Assembly (NCBI GenBank): GCA_964551605.1
Contig: CAZKCV010000004.1
Location: 7,331-71,330, forward strand
DNA: 64,000 bases
Source: an uncultured Gammaproteobacteria bacterium
Lineage (GTDB): Bacteria > Patescibacteriota > Microgenomatia > Daviesbacterales > UBA10151
Direction: 5' to 3'
Shown here: piece by piece, positions 31,052 through 40,488 of the stretch
Position numbering within the stretch: position 1 is the stretch's first letter
How the letters are laid out: every line of letters starts with the position of its first letter
The notes under the pieces: generated by a model
The model's database searches: none
What the model saw: only the letters and a program-made list of their open reading frames with translations
Told to the model about the DNA's origin: nothing
Made by a program: the position numbers and the translations under genes

Positions 31052-31928
31052 AAATGCCAAAATTATCGGCCAGGGGATTACCGGTGCAGAAGGATCGCAA
31101 GCCCTAGAATGGATGCAAAAATACGGCACTCAGGTGGTGGGCGGGGTGACGCCGGGTAAAGGCGGACAAGAGGTATTGGGAGTACCTATCTTTAATTCGG
31201 TTAAGGAATGCCTGGATCAGGTTAGCGGTGTAATAGGTTCAGTAATTTATGTGCCACCGCTTTTTGCCAAAAATGCCGTAATTGAGGCAATAGAGGCCGG
31301 TATAAAGTGGATTTTAATAGTAACGGAAAAAATTCCCACTGCTGATACAGCTTTTTTTTACAGGCTAGCCTGTAAAAATGGGGTCAGTATCATCGGTCCC
31401 AGCTCTGCCGGGATGATTTCACCGTCAAAGCGGATTAAGATAGGTTCTATCGGCGGACCACAGCCGCAAAGATCTTATGTACCGGGACATATTGCAGTGA
31501 TTTCCAAATCCGGCAGCATGACTTCAGAAATCAGTTTACATCTTAAAAACCATGGTTTAGGGGTTTCCTGGGCCACCTGTATTGGCGGAGACAGAATTAT
31601 TGGTACGGACTTTGCGGATTTACTGTTAGAGCTGGAAACAGATCCGGAAACTGTCGCCTCAGTTATTTTTGGAGAACTTGGGGGCACTTATGAGGAAAAA
31701 GTGGCAAAACTTAAAGCTTCAGGTAAACTTAAAAAACCGGTAGTTGCTTTTATCGGGGGGGAGTTTACCATGAGTTTGCCGTCTGAGATGCAATTTGGCC
31801 ATGCCGGTGCCATAATAGAAGGTAAGATAGGGCAGCCGGCTGAAAAAAGAAGGATTTTACGTGAGGCAGGTATTGCGGTAGCAGATAATCTGGATGATAT
31901 TGCCGGATTAGTGAAGGAGGCATTATGA
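31035..31928 (+). CDS. CoA-binding alpha subunit (SucD/AclA N-terminal-like)
   Basis: QGITG, GGVTPGKGG, SKSG, IGGD, FGHAGA phospho-His. Confidence 0.85.
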   Translation: MLLLPENAKIIGQGITGAEGSQALEWMQKYGTQVVGGVTPGKGGQEVLGVPIFNSVKECLDQVSGVIGSVIYVPPLFAKNAVIEAIEAGIKWILIVTEKIPTADTAFFYRLACKNGVSIIGPSSAGMISPSKRIKIGSIGGPQPQRSYVPGHIAVISKSGSMTSEISLHLKNHGLGVSWATCIGGDRIIGTDFADLLLELETDPETVASVIFGELGGTYEEKVAKLKASGKLKKPVVAFIGGEFTMSLPSEMQFGHAGAIIEGKIGQPAEKRRILREAGIAVADNLDDIAGLVKEAL

Positions 31929-32596
31929 GTAAAACAGTCATACATAATGAATCAGGAGAAGCTAAATTTGGGGAGCAGGATCATCTGCAGTTGGCTCGGA
32001 CAGTCAGTTTTTCTGCTTTAATTTTTGAACTGCTGTCAGAAAAATCTCCCACAAAAGAGGAGCTTAAGCTTTTTGATTTAATGCTTAATTTATCAATTGA
32101 TCACGGCCCGGATGCTCCGTCAGCAGCTGCTACCATTCAGGCAGCCAAAGAAGGTAAAGGCTTTGGTGAAGCAGTGGGAGAAGGAATTGCCCGGATAAAC
32201 GAGACTCATGGCGGGGCGATAGAACCATTGATGGAGATTTTGTATAGGCAACAGGAAACAGGCATCAGGATACAGGATTTGGTGAAGGAGTATATAGAAC
32301 AGGATAAAAAGATTCCGGGGTTAGGGCATAGATTGTATAAAGACAAAGACCCCCGGACTGAGATAATTTTTCAAACTGCCGGTAAGTTAAATATCGGGGA
32401 AGAATATATGCAAATTATCAAAGAAATCAGGGATGAATTTGAAAAACAGTCCGGAAAAAGTCTGGTGATAAATATTGACGGAGCGATAGCAGCAGTGTTG
32501 TGTGGTTTTGGCTGGCCAAGTAAATTAGGGAAAGCTGTATTCATTATTGCCCGGACTCCGGGTCTATGCGGCCACTTTCTGAACACTAAATCTTAG
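31925..32596 (+). CDS. citryl-CoA lyase / citrate synthase C-terminal-like protein
   Basis: DHGP, HGGA, IPGLGHR, DPR, NIDG, ARTPG. Confidence 0.8.
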   Translation: MSKTVIHNESGEAKFGEQDHLQLARTVSFSALIFELLSEKSPTKEELKLFDLMLNLSIDHGPDAPSAAATIQAAKEGKGFGEAVGEGIARINETHGGAIEPLMEILYRQQETGIRIQDLVKEYIEQDKKIPGLGHRLYKDKDPRTEIIFQTAGKLNIGEEYMQIIKEIRDEFEKQSGKSLVINIDGAIAAVLCGFGWPSKLGKAVFIIARTPGLCGHFLNTKS

Positions 32597-32629
32597 CTTT
32601 TTGATACTCCAAGCGGTATAATTTGCAGA

Positions 32630-33364
32630 ATGAAAAACAGTTTGCAAATTAAGGGGTTGTCAGTGTCAGTGGAAGGAAAAACAGTAGTTGAAGGGGTAAA
32701 TTTAACAATTAATCCCGGGGAAGTACATGCCTTAATGGGGCCGAATGGCTCAGGCAAGTCCAGCTTAGCTTTATCCTTAATGGGTCATCCAGGTTACAAA
32801 ATAATAACCGGTCAGGCTACCATAGCGGGTGCTGACCTACTGGTTTTAGAACCAAACGAACGGGTCAAAAAAGGTTTATTCCTAACATTCCAAAATCCGG
32901 TTGCTGTGCCCGGAGTCACTTTAGGGCAGCTGACCTGGTCTGCATATCAAAATATTGCCGGTAAAAAGGCTATAGATTTAAGGGATTTTTATACGGAAGT
33001 TAAAAGGAAAGCTAAAGATTTAGGATTAAAAGAAGAAATTTTAGACAGATTTGTGAATGATGGTTTCTCCGGCGGGGAAAAGAAAAAGGCGGAAATACTC
33101 ATGCTTTTAAGTTTAACCCCGAAATTTGTGATTTTTGATGAAATAGATTCCGGTTTAGATATAGATAGCCTTAAAAGTATTACTACTGCTATTAGCAGAT
33201 TAATTAAAGATAATACCGGTATTTTACTGATTACCCATAATCAAAGAATCCTAAAACAGATAAAAGCTGACTTTGTACATGTTTTAAAAGCAGGAAGGAT
33301 TATCAAAAGTGGTAATCATCAGTTAGCAGTTCAGATTGAGGAAAAAGGTTATGCAAAAGTTTAA
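32630..33364 (+). CDS. sufC: Fe-S assembly ATPase SufC
   Basis: MGPNGSGKS, FSGGEKKK, DEIDSGLDID. Confidence 0.93.
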   Translation: MKNSLQIKGLSVSVEGKTVVEGVNLTINPGEVHALMGPNGSGKSSLALSLMGHPGYKIITGQATIAGADLLVLEPNERVKKGLFLTFQNPVAVPGVTLGQLTWSAYQNIAGKKAIDLRDFYTEVKRKAKDLGLKEEILDRFVNDGFSGGEKKKAEILMLLSLTPKFVIFDEIDSGLDIDSLKSITTAISRLIKDNTGILLITHNQRILKQIKADFVHVLKAGRIIKSGNHQLAVQIEEKGYAKV

Positions 33365-34679
33365 AGGTTTAAACAAACAAACTGTTAAAGATATTTCGGC
33401 TTACAAAAGCGAGCCGGAGTGGATGAAAAGCTTAAGATTGCAGGCTTTAGAGTATTTTGAAAAAATGCCCCTACTAACTTTTGGGGGAGATTTAAGTGGA
33501 TTGGATTTTGAAAAAATCCAGTATTTTGTTAAATCCACTGATGGAATTAAGCATTCCTGGAAGGATGTCCCCTCAGAGATTAAAAGGACTTATGAAAAAT
33601 TAGGCATCCCCAGGATCGAACAGAAGTTTTTGGCCGGGGTAAAAGCCCAATGGGACAGTGAAATGGTCTATGGATCGCTGTTGAAGGATCTGGAAGAGCA
33701 GGGGGTGGTATTTTTAAGTATGGATGAGGGGTTGCAGAAATATCCGGAACTGGTAAAACAATACTTTGGCACAGTTATAAAGCCTGATGAGCACAAGTTT
33801 GCTGCTTTAAATTCAGCTGTCTGGTCCGGCGGCTGTTTCATCTATGTGCCGCCTGAGGTTTCCATCAGCTTGCCGCTTCAGGCTTATTTCCGTCTGAGCG
33901 CCAAGAATATCGGCCAGTTTGAGCGGACTTTAATTATTGCCGATGAAGACAGTTTCATCCATTACATTGAAGGCTGCAGCAGCCCGGTTTATACCACGGA
34001 TAGCTTACATGCCGGTGTGGTAGAAATAATTGTTAAAAAAGGGGCCCGGGTGCGCTATACCACAGTTCAAAACTGGTCTAAAAATGTCTATAACCTGGTC
34101 AGTAAACGGGCTCTAGTGCAAGAGAATGGAATCATGGAATGGGTGGATTTTAACAGCGGGTCAAAACTCACCATGAAATACCCCTCAGCAGTGCTGGCCG
34201 GTAAAGGAGCCAGATTGGAAATGCTCTCTTTAGTCATGGCCGGACCTAAGCAATACTTAGATTGCGGCGGCAAAGCCATTCATCTGGCTTCAGATACTTC
34301 ATCCGTTATTAACTCTAAATCAGTCAGTTTCAAAGGAGGGATTACTTCATATCGGGGGTTGGTTAAAATAGCTTCAGGAGTCAAAGACGTCAGATCCAAA
34401 ACCGTTTGCCAGGCTTTGATTTTGGATGAAAAATCCAAATCTGAAACATATCCTGCTATTTCGGCTATTGGTCCAAACTCTGAAGTATCTCATGAAGCCA
34501 CAGTTTCCCGACTATCCGAAGAGCAGATTTTTTATCTGCAAAGCCGGGGGATTACTGAGAGTGAAGCCCAGGCGATGATTGTGAATGGTTTTATCAAGCC
34601 GCTGGTCAAAGAGTTGCCTTTTGAATATGCGGTGGAGTTAAACCAATTAATCAGGTTAGAAATGAAAGGAGCATTATGA
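33351..34679 (+). CDS. sufB: Fe-S assembly protein SufB
   Basis: VWSGG, LQAYFR, GQFERTLII, HYIEGC, HEATV, YLQSRG; start uncertain (33336 or 33351). Confidence 0.93.
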   Translation: MQKFKGLNKQTVKDISAYKSEPEWMKSLRLQALEYFEKMPLLTFGGDLSGLDFEKIQYFVKSTDGIKHSWKDVPSEIKRTYEKLGIPRIEQKFLAGVKAQWDSEMVYGSLLKDLEEQGVVFLSMDEGLQKYPELVKQYFGTVIKPDEHKFAALNSAVWSGGCFIYVPPEVSISLPLQAYFRLSAKNIGQFERTLIIADEDSFIHYIEGCSSPVYTTDSLHAGVVEIIVKKGARVRYTTVQNWSKNVYNLVSKRALVQENGIMEWVDFNSGSKLTMKYPSAVLAGKGARLEMLSLVMAGPKQYLDCGGKAIHLASDTSSVINSKSVSFKGGITSYRGLVKIASGVKDVRSKTVCQALILDEKSKSETYPAISAIGPNSEVSHEATVSRLSEEQIFYLQSRGITESEAQAMIVNGFIKPLVKELPFEYAVELNQLIRLEMKGAL

Positions 34680-35851
34680 GAAAAGTTCAAAGTGATTTTC
34701 CAATACTTAATAAAAAAAGCAGAAAGCTTGTTTATTTGGATTCTGCTGCAACTTCTTTAAAACCAAAACAAGTGATTAAGTCTGTGACTGATTTTTATGA
34801 GAACTACTCAGCTAATGTGCATCGGGGTATATATCAGGAATCGGAAGAAGCGACAGAAAACTATGAAGGCGTCAGGGATAAAGTGGCTAAGTTAATAAAT
34901 TCAGACAGCAGTGAGGTGATTTTTACTAAAAATGCCACTGAAGCCATTAATCTGGTGGCTAAAACATGGGAAAGCGTAAAGCGTAAAGGGGAAAGGGGAA
35001 AGAAAATTTTAACTACAGTGATGGAGCATCACAGTAATTTAATTCCCTGGCAAAAGCTATTAGGTTCAAAATTAGTTTTCTTAGATATCAATAATAACGG
35101 AGAATTAGATTTATCTGATTTGGAAAATCAGCTAAAAGGAGTTTCTTTAGTAGCAGTTGCCCATGTGTCTAATGTTTTAGGAACCATTAATCCGGTAGAA
35201 AAGATTATTAAAGCAGCTCATGAGGATGGAGCTTTAGTCTTGATTGACGGCGCCCAGGCAGCCGGACATATGAGAGTGGATATTAAAAAATTAGGCTGTG
35301 ATTTTTATGTGTTTTCCGGCCATAAAATGTTAGGTCCAAGCGGGGTAGGGGTACTATGGATGAGAAAGGAAATTGCAGAGAGTCTGCCGCCATTTTTAAC
35401 CGGCGGGGGGATGGTGGGGCAGGACACACCATATAAGTTTGAAGCAGGTACCCCCAATATAGAAGGGGTAATCGGTTTGGGAGCAGCTATAGATTATTTA
35501 CGAAATGTAGGGATGGATAAAATCAGGGAGCATGAAAAAACATTAACTGAATATGCTCTGAAGAAGTTTTCCCGGGTAAGAGGTCTGACTGTATATGGCC
35601 CTTTGGATATAAATAAACGGGGAGGAGTAATTGCTTTTAATATTGAGGGTATTCACCCTCATGATCTGGCCAGTTTACTGGATAATGACGGTATTGCCAT
35701 CCGGGCCGGGCATCATTGCGCTATGCCATTGCATGAGAGATTGGGAATCAAAGCCTCTGCCCGGATCAGCTTTTATATCTATAACAGTATTAGAGACATA
35801 GACAGGTTGGTTGTTAGCCTGCAAAAGATCAAGCGCTTACTTAAAGTATAA
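34676..35851 (+). CDS. sufS: cysteine desulfurase SufS
   Basis: YLDSAAT, EHHSN, FSGHKM, EAGTPN, RAGHHCA. Confidence 0.95.
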   Translation: MRKVQSDFPILNKKSRKLVYLDSAATSLKPKQVIKSVTDFYENYSANVHRGIYQESEEATENYEGVRDKVAKLINSDSSEVIFTKNATEAINLVAKTWESVKRKGERGKKILTTVMEHHSNLIPWQKLLGSKLVFLDINNNGELDLSDLENQLKGVSLVAVAHVSNVLGTINPVEKIIKAAHEDGALVLIDGAQAAGHMRVDIKKLGCDFYVFSGHKMLGPSGVGVLWMRKEIAESLPPFLTGGGMVGQDTPYKFEAGTPNIEGVIGLGAAIDYLRNVGMDKIREHEKTLTEYALKKFSRVRGLTVYGPLDINKRGGVIAFNIEGIHPHDLASLLDNDGIAIRAGHHCAMPLHERLGIKASARISFYIYNSIRDIDRLVVSLQKIKRLLKV

Positions 35852-35853
35852 CT

Positions 35854-36249
35854 ATGGATTTAACACAGGAAATTATTTTGCAGCATGGAAGGCACTCTCC
35901 TTTTAAAGGGAAGCTTAAAAATCCTACTTTTAGTTCAAAGCTGGAAAATCCCCTGTGTGGTGATGAGATCAGGATTGAAATAAGGTTAGAAAAAGATCAG
36001 GTTGTAGAAATTGGTTTTACCGGGGACGGCTGTTTAATTTCTCAGGCAGCAGCCAGTTTATTAGTAGGGGAAGCAAAAAAGGTAAGAAACTTAAGTAAAA
36101 TTAAAAAATTTAATCAGGAAACAGTGCTTGAGCTTTTAGGTATTAAGTTAACTCTTTCCAGGATTCAATGCGCCATGTTGTCAGTAGAGGTTTTGCGAGA
36201 GATAGTTGGGTATTCATCTTCCAGCACCAAGTCAGCCAAGGTGGGTTGA
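35854..36249 (+). CDS. sufU: SufU/IscU-like scaffold
   Basis: NPLCGD, GCLISQAAAS, RIQCA. Confidence 0.88.
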   Translation: MDLTQEIILQHGRHSPFKGKLKNPTFSSKLENPLCGDEIRIEIRLEKDQVVEIGFTGDGCLISQAAASLLVGEAKKVRNLSKIKKFNQETVLELLGIKLTLSRIQCAMLSVEVLREIVGYSSSSTKSAKVG

Positions 36250-36438
36250 TGATCTGAGTCTGGTGGAACCTTTATAGCTTCCCAAGAGCTTTTAATCAGA
36301 CGCTTGAACCTCGAGCCAATACGAGGATCTTTTTCGCAACTTTTCATAATTGTTATTTTAACATACACTAATTAATGTATAATGTCAGGCTGTTGTGGGG
36401 TGTTAGTGTTTTTTTCGACTAACTAAAATAAGGGAGAT

Positions 36439-36960
36439 ATGGTAAACGGACAAATTATTTTAGCCTGTGATGAGGCAGGCGCATTTGAAGAATATATTCC
36501 CAAAGAAGTAGGTCATACCGGCGTAGGCAGGAGACATCAGGCAATTGCAGTATTGCTTCATAATGATAAAGCCGAGGTTTTGTTGCAAAGAAGAAAGCAC
36601 CAGGTATTTGATAATATCTGGGATATCACCGGAGCCACTCATCCGTTACACAAAGAAGACGGTAGAGATGAAACTTTAGAGGAAGCCACCAGGCGTTGTC
36701 TGAAAGATGAGTGGGATATTAAAGAAATAGGGGAACTTAGGGAAGTCGGAGTTTATAATTATTTTGCCAGATATAACGGATTTTGCGAGAACGAGTACTG
36801 CCACTTACTTACAGGAGAATATAATGGTGATTTTAAGTTAAATCCAGAGATCGGTTATGAATATAAATGGATAAAAAAAGGGGACTTTTTGGAAGACATT
36901 GGGAAAAATCCGCAAAAATATTCTCCCTGGGCTGTTAAAGCTGCAGAATTACTAGAATAA
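36439..36960 (+). CDS. idi: type 1 isopentenyl-diphosphate isomerase (NUDIX fold)
   Basis: K..GH, RHQAI, LLQRR, HP, ENEYC, PW; next to mevalonate genes. Confidence 0.75.
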   Translation: MVNGQIILACDEAGAFEEYIPKEVGHTGVGRRHQAIAVLLHNDKAEVLLQRRKHQVFDNIWDITGATHPLHKEDGRDETLEEATRRCLKDEWDIKEIGELREVGVYNYFARYNGFCENEYCHLLTGEYNGDFKLNPEIGYEYKWIKKGDFLEDIGKNPQKYSPWAVKAAELLE

Positions 36961-37968
36961 ATGTTCTTCAGAAAGCCTGGTGCCTTCTCCCGGAGTATTG
37001 ACGATAATATCTTTAACTTCTTCAAGTCCTTCTAATTTAGTTTTGACTTTATCAACATTTTCCTGCCCGCAGATTAAATGGACATCCTGGCCGGTATTGA
37101 TAGTAAAATAAACCGGAATGCCTTCATTCCGCCAGTGGCCGGTTAGTTTCATGATTCTAAGTGTCCCCGGAGTCCAGTAAATGAGCGGGGGAGTTTGGGT
37201 TAACATGATAGTATGAAGTTCCAGGGCTTCCTGTTCAATCAGTGGTCCCAGTTCCGCTAAGTTTTTCCCGGCAATCAGCTTTTTAACTTTTTCATTTTTT
37301 TCTTTCATCCGCGACATTCTAATGTCCATAAACGGGGAAGAGTGGGTAGCCTGCATGCCCCTGGAAGTGGGAACTTCTTTTTTACCCTCATTTACCACTG
37401 CCACTACATCTGCTATTGCCCAGTAATCAGCTGGGAAAAGTTGAGTAGCGTAAGACGTCTCGGAATTATCACCGTCCAGCCATTCCACAAAGCCGGAGGG
37501 GATGGAGCGACAAGCTGAGCCGGAGCCCTGCCTGGCTAGAATAGATAAATCTTTCTCGGATAGATTTAAGTCCGCAGCTTTTGAAGCAGCTAAACTAAGT
37601 GCTGCAAAGCCGGATGCAGAAGATGATAAACCGGTGCCGGAGGGGAAGTTATTATTAGAAACCACTTTAGCTTTTTGATCCATATTAGCCAGTTTTCTGA
37701 TCCGGTCCAGGTGTTTAATGATCCGTTCTGCTTCGCCTTCCTCCCCGCCTCGACTCGCACGCTCATCGGGCGAGGCGGGCAGGCCACCACCGTTAATAGT
37801 GATGTCGTCTTTGGAATAAGCGGGAGAGAATTCTACTGTGGTAGTGGTTAAGAGATTGCTTAAGCACATGGAGATGCTGCCGTTTTCCGGAAGCCTCAAT
37901 ATTTCATCTTTTTTACCCCAGTATTTGGTAAAAGCAATATTAGATGGTGCAATAGCGGTAGCTTTCAT
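36952..37968 (-). CDS. mvaD: (di)phosphomevalonate decarboxylase
   Basis: NIAFTKYWGK, GLSSSASGFAAL, ARQGSGSACRS. Confidence 0.92.
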   Translation of the reverse strand: MKATAIAPSNIAFTKYWGKKDEILRLPENGSISMCLSNLLTTTTVEFSPAYSKDDITINGGGLPASPDERASRGGEEGEAERIIKHLDRIRKLANMDQKAKVVSNNNFPSGTGLSSSASGFAALSLAASKAADLNLSEKDLSILARQGSGSACRSIPSGFVEWLDGDNSETSYATQLFPADYWAIADVVAVVNEGKKEVPTSRGMQATHSSPFMDIRMSRMKEKNEKVKKLIAGKNLAELGPLIEQEALELHTIMLTQTPPLIYWTPGTLRIMKLTGHWRNEGIPVYFTINTGQDVHLICGQENVDKVKTKLEGLEEVKDIIVNTPGEGTRLSEEHLF

Positions 37969-38456
37969 AATATATTGATTTCTTTCAGGTTAGTAATCGC
38001 AAAAGGGGTCAGCTTCGATTGCATTTTCTTTAACTGGCTAATTGTAACAAATTTGACTCCGTCTGTTTCTTGTTTGTTGGGAGAAAACGGTCCATTGTAT
38101 GTAGCTTCGAAAAGGTAATTCATTTCAGTTTCAATATCTGTTTTAACAATAAATTTTTTCTTCTTAATAATAGAGAAGTTAATACCTAATTCCTCGAATA
38201 ATTCTCTTTTGGCAGTTTGTTGGTATGTTTCGCCTTTATCAACATGCCCAGCCACAGCTAAGGTATAAAGGCCTGGGTAGGTATCTTTATTCTTGCTTCT
38301 TTTTTGGAGTAATATTTCTCCTTTATCATTAAAGATAACTACTGAAATTGTTCTGTGAATGAGTTGTTTGTTGTGGTGGCAGTCAAAACGGGTGCGGTAG
38401 CCGATTATTTTATCATCTTGATCAACAACTACAAATAATTCATCTTGTTTATCCAT
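37965..38456 (-). CDS. NUDIX hydrolase, IDI-like
   Basis: HR, LLQKRS, GHVDKGETYQQTAKRELFEELG. Confidence 0.85.
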   Translation of the reverse strand: MDKQDELFVVVDQDDKIIGYRTRFDCHHNKQLIHRTISVVIFNDKGEILLQKRSKNKDTYPGLYTLAVAGHVDKGETYQQTAKRELFEELGINFSIIKKKKFIVKTDIETEMNYLFEATYNGPFSPNKQETDGVKFVTISQLKKMQSKLTPFAITNLKEINIL

Positions 38457-39411
38457 CTATTCTGACCCCTTCTACATTAGCTTCAACATTTATGACTTGG
38501 CCTCCCGCAGAAGTAATTCCATCTTTAACAGCTTGAGTTTTATCATCTGGAGCTAGGGCTATCATGCAGTCTCCGCCGCCTGCGCCGGATAACTTTGTCC
38601 CGTATGCTCCGGCTTTTATAGCGCCTGAGATCATATCGTCAAGCTTTTGAATACTGACTCCGAGCTCTTTTAAGAGTTTTTGGTTGTCAGTCATGAGTAT
38701 TCCTAAGGCAGGCCAATCTTTGTTCAAAACAGCTGGTTTAGCCTGCTCTACTAATCTGCCAATTTCAGTATAAATTTGGTCAACAACAATTTGGTCTTTC
38801 TGTAATACCTGGTTCATTAAAGTAACAGTATCTGCTTTGACACCTGAATAACCCACGATTAAGGGGAGCGAGTCAATGTTCAAAGACTCAATTAGTTCAC
38901 CGCCTTTTTTAAAGTAAAGCGTGCCGCCGTAAACCGCGGCCGCTACATCAAAGCCGGAGCCTTTGCCCTGAATGTATAAGACAGTTTTGTAGGCAAGATC
39001 AAAAATGGCTTTGGTGTCTAGCTTGACCTCAGTTAATTCTGATAAAGCTTTAACTACACAAACAGTGGAAGCAGAGGAGGAACCAAAGCCAAATTGGGAA
39101 GAAAATTCTGAAGCGGTAGTAACATTTAATCCTCCTTGAATGGGATATTTTTCAATGAAATTTTTAACTGCAATTTCAACAAACTTGGCTCCTTTGGGAA
39201 TATCTCCTATTCCCAGCTGATCCATTGGTTTTTTGTAATCTGTAACAGCAACATCCGGGGCATTAAGAGAAAAAATAGGCTCATCAATCAGTTCTACAGT
39301 AGCTTTCATCCGTTGTCCGACAGCTGTAACAATACATGGCCGGCCGTATACCACAGCATGTTCTCCCAAAAGCATTAATTTTCCCGGCGCTGAAACAGTA
39401 ATTTTGCTCAT
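38449..39411 (-). CDS. GHMP kinase (mevalonate or phosphomevalonate kinase)
   Basis: APGKLMLLGEHAVVYG, GFGSSSA, GSGFD, KLSGAGGGDC. Confidence 0.88.
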   Translation of the reverse strand: MSKITVSAPGKLMLLGEHAVVYGRPCIVTAVGQRMKATVELIDEPIFSLNAPDVAVTDYKKPMDQLGIGDIPKGAKFVEIAVKNFIEKYPIQGGLNVTTASEFSSQFGFGSSSASTVCVVKALSELTEVKLDTKAIFDLAYKTVLYIQGKGSGFDVAAAVYGGTLYFKKGGELIESLNIDSLPLIVGYSGVKADTVTLMNQVLQKDQIVVDQIYTEIGRLVEQAKPAVLNKDWPALGILMTDNQKLLKELGVSIQKLDDMISGAIKAGAYGTKLSGAGGGDCMIALAPDDKTQAVKDGITSAGGQVINVEANVEGVRIDG

Positions 39412-40487
39412 ATTGTTTTTTGAGTCAATTCTGTTGTTATTTTATTAAACCATTTACCACTTATATATTCCATCATATCTGTTTGCCATTGTTTGGCAGT
39501 ATGATTTTGGGGTGTCCAGGTTTGAACAAGTTCTTCCAAAGATTTTTTATATTGGCTACTAAAATACGCTACAGCTTCTATTGCAGAGCGTGCCAAGTCT
39601 CCGTTTACAGCTTGAATTTTCTCATCAGATAACCCGCCTATTAAGTGAAGTCGTTTTGCCAGGTCAGCCCTGCTTAAAACAGGGAGATTCCTGGTTTGAA
39701 GATAATTGGGGTGATTTGGGTCTTCTATAAGCTTGGTTTCCAGTAATAATCTTGCCCCGCCGTCAAGATTCATTCCTGCCGCTGCGAATAATCCGTGCAG
39801 AAAGTCTCGCTGAGGATCATACATTCTGGAGGTTAAAGGTTTAAAAACAGGCGGGTAAATACCCTCAGGATTGATAAAAGCAATCCTGACTAGCCCTTCC
39901 AATAAAACTGCAGTATTTTCGTCTCTATTTGGTTGTAGGCCATATTTCGGCAAATCAGCACCATCCGCACGCAGTCTGGCACCGCCTACAAACTGCGATC
40001 TCCTGGCTATTACCCAGACACCATTTTGTTCCATCTTGTCCGCTACAAACAAGGCTGCAAGCACTTTCTCCTGTTGTGTCCATTGTTCCGGTAGGGGTCG
40101 ATCCCGGAAAAACTCCGGGGGACGGCCGTTTTTTAAAATGGAATCTTCCAGTGCTTTTCGTTCGCCATCCGTAGTGGAATAAAGTCCGGCTGAGTGCATA
40201 TGAATTGAAAAATCAGTTGAAGCTTCAGCGCTTTTGGCTTCGTCGCTTGTGGCATTTGTCTCATTCATAGATCTTTCAAAGTCATGAAACCAGCCGGCAA
40301 TTCGGGAAAGCTCAATATCTTTTGAGTCATAGCCTGCAGCCAGGCAGGCCAACGTGCTTAATTGAGCAACACTTCTTAAATGAGGTTCATCATGACCGGA
40401 GTAACTTTTATTAGGGTCGCGATGATCCCTAATATATTGGGTTGCGGATTTATCAATTAATTCAATATTTTCTAAATTTACAGACAT
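39408..40487 (-). CDS. HD-domain phosphohydrolase-like protein
   Basis: GHDEPH, WFHD and ADK motifs; start at MSVNLE assumed. Confidence 0.65.
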   Translation of the reverse strand: MSVNLENIELIDKSATQYIRDHRDPNKSYSGHDEPHLRSVAQLSTLACLAAGYDSKDIELSRIAGWFHDFERSMNETNATSDEAKSAEASTDFSIHMHSAGLYSTTDGERKALEDSILKNGRPPEFFRDRPLPEQWTQQEKVLAALFVADKMEQNGVWVIARRSQFVGGARLRADGADLPKYGLQPNRDENTAVLLEGLVRIAFINPEGIYPPVFKPLTSRMYDPQRDFLHGLFAAAGMNLDGGARLLLETKLIEDPNHPNYLQTRNLPVLSRADLAKRLHLIGGLSDEKIQAVNGDLARSAIEAVAYFSSQYKKSLEELVQTWTPQNHTAKQWQTDMMEYISGKWFNKITTELTQKTI

Positions 40488-40488
40488 A

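Noticed and set aside
29882-31928. sucC/sucD annotation
   Set aside because: AclB-like motifs and the adjacent citryl-CoA lyase favour citrate cleavage; symbols withheld.
36165-36347. Small minus-strand ORF MKSCEKDPR... with a -10-like box
   Set aside because: Overlaps the sufU 3' end by 85 nt and has no recognisable motif; cannot be supported.
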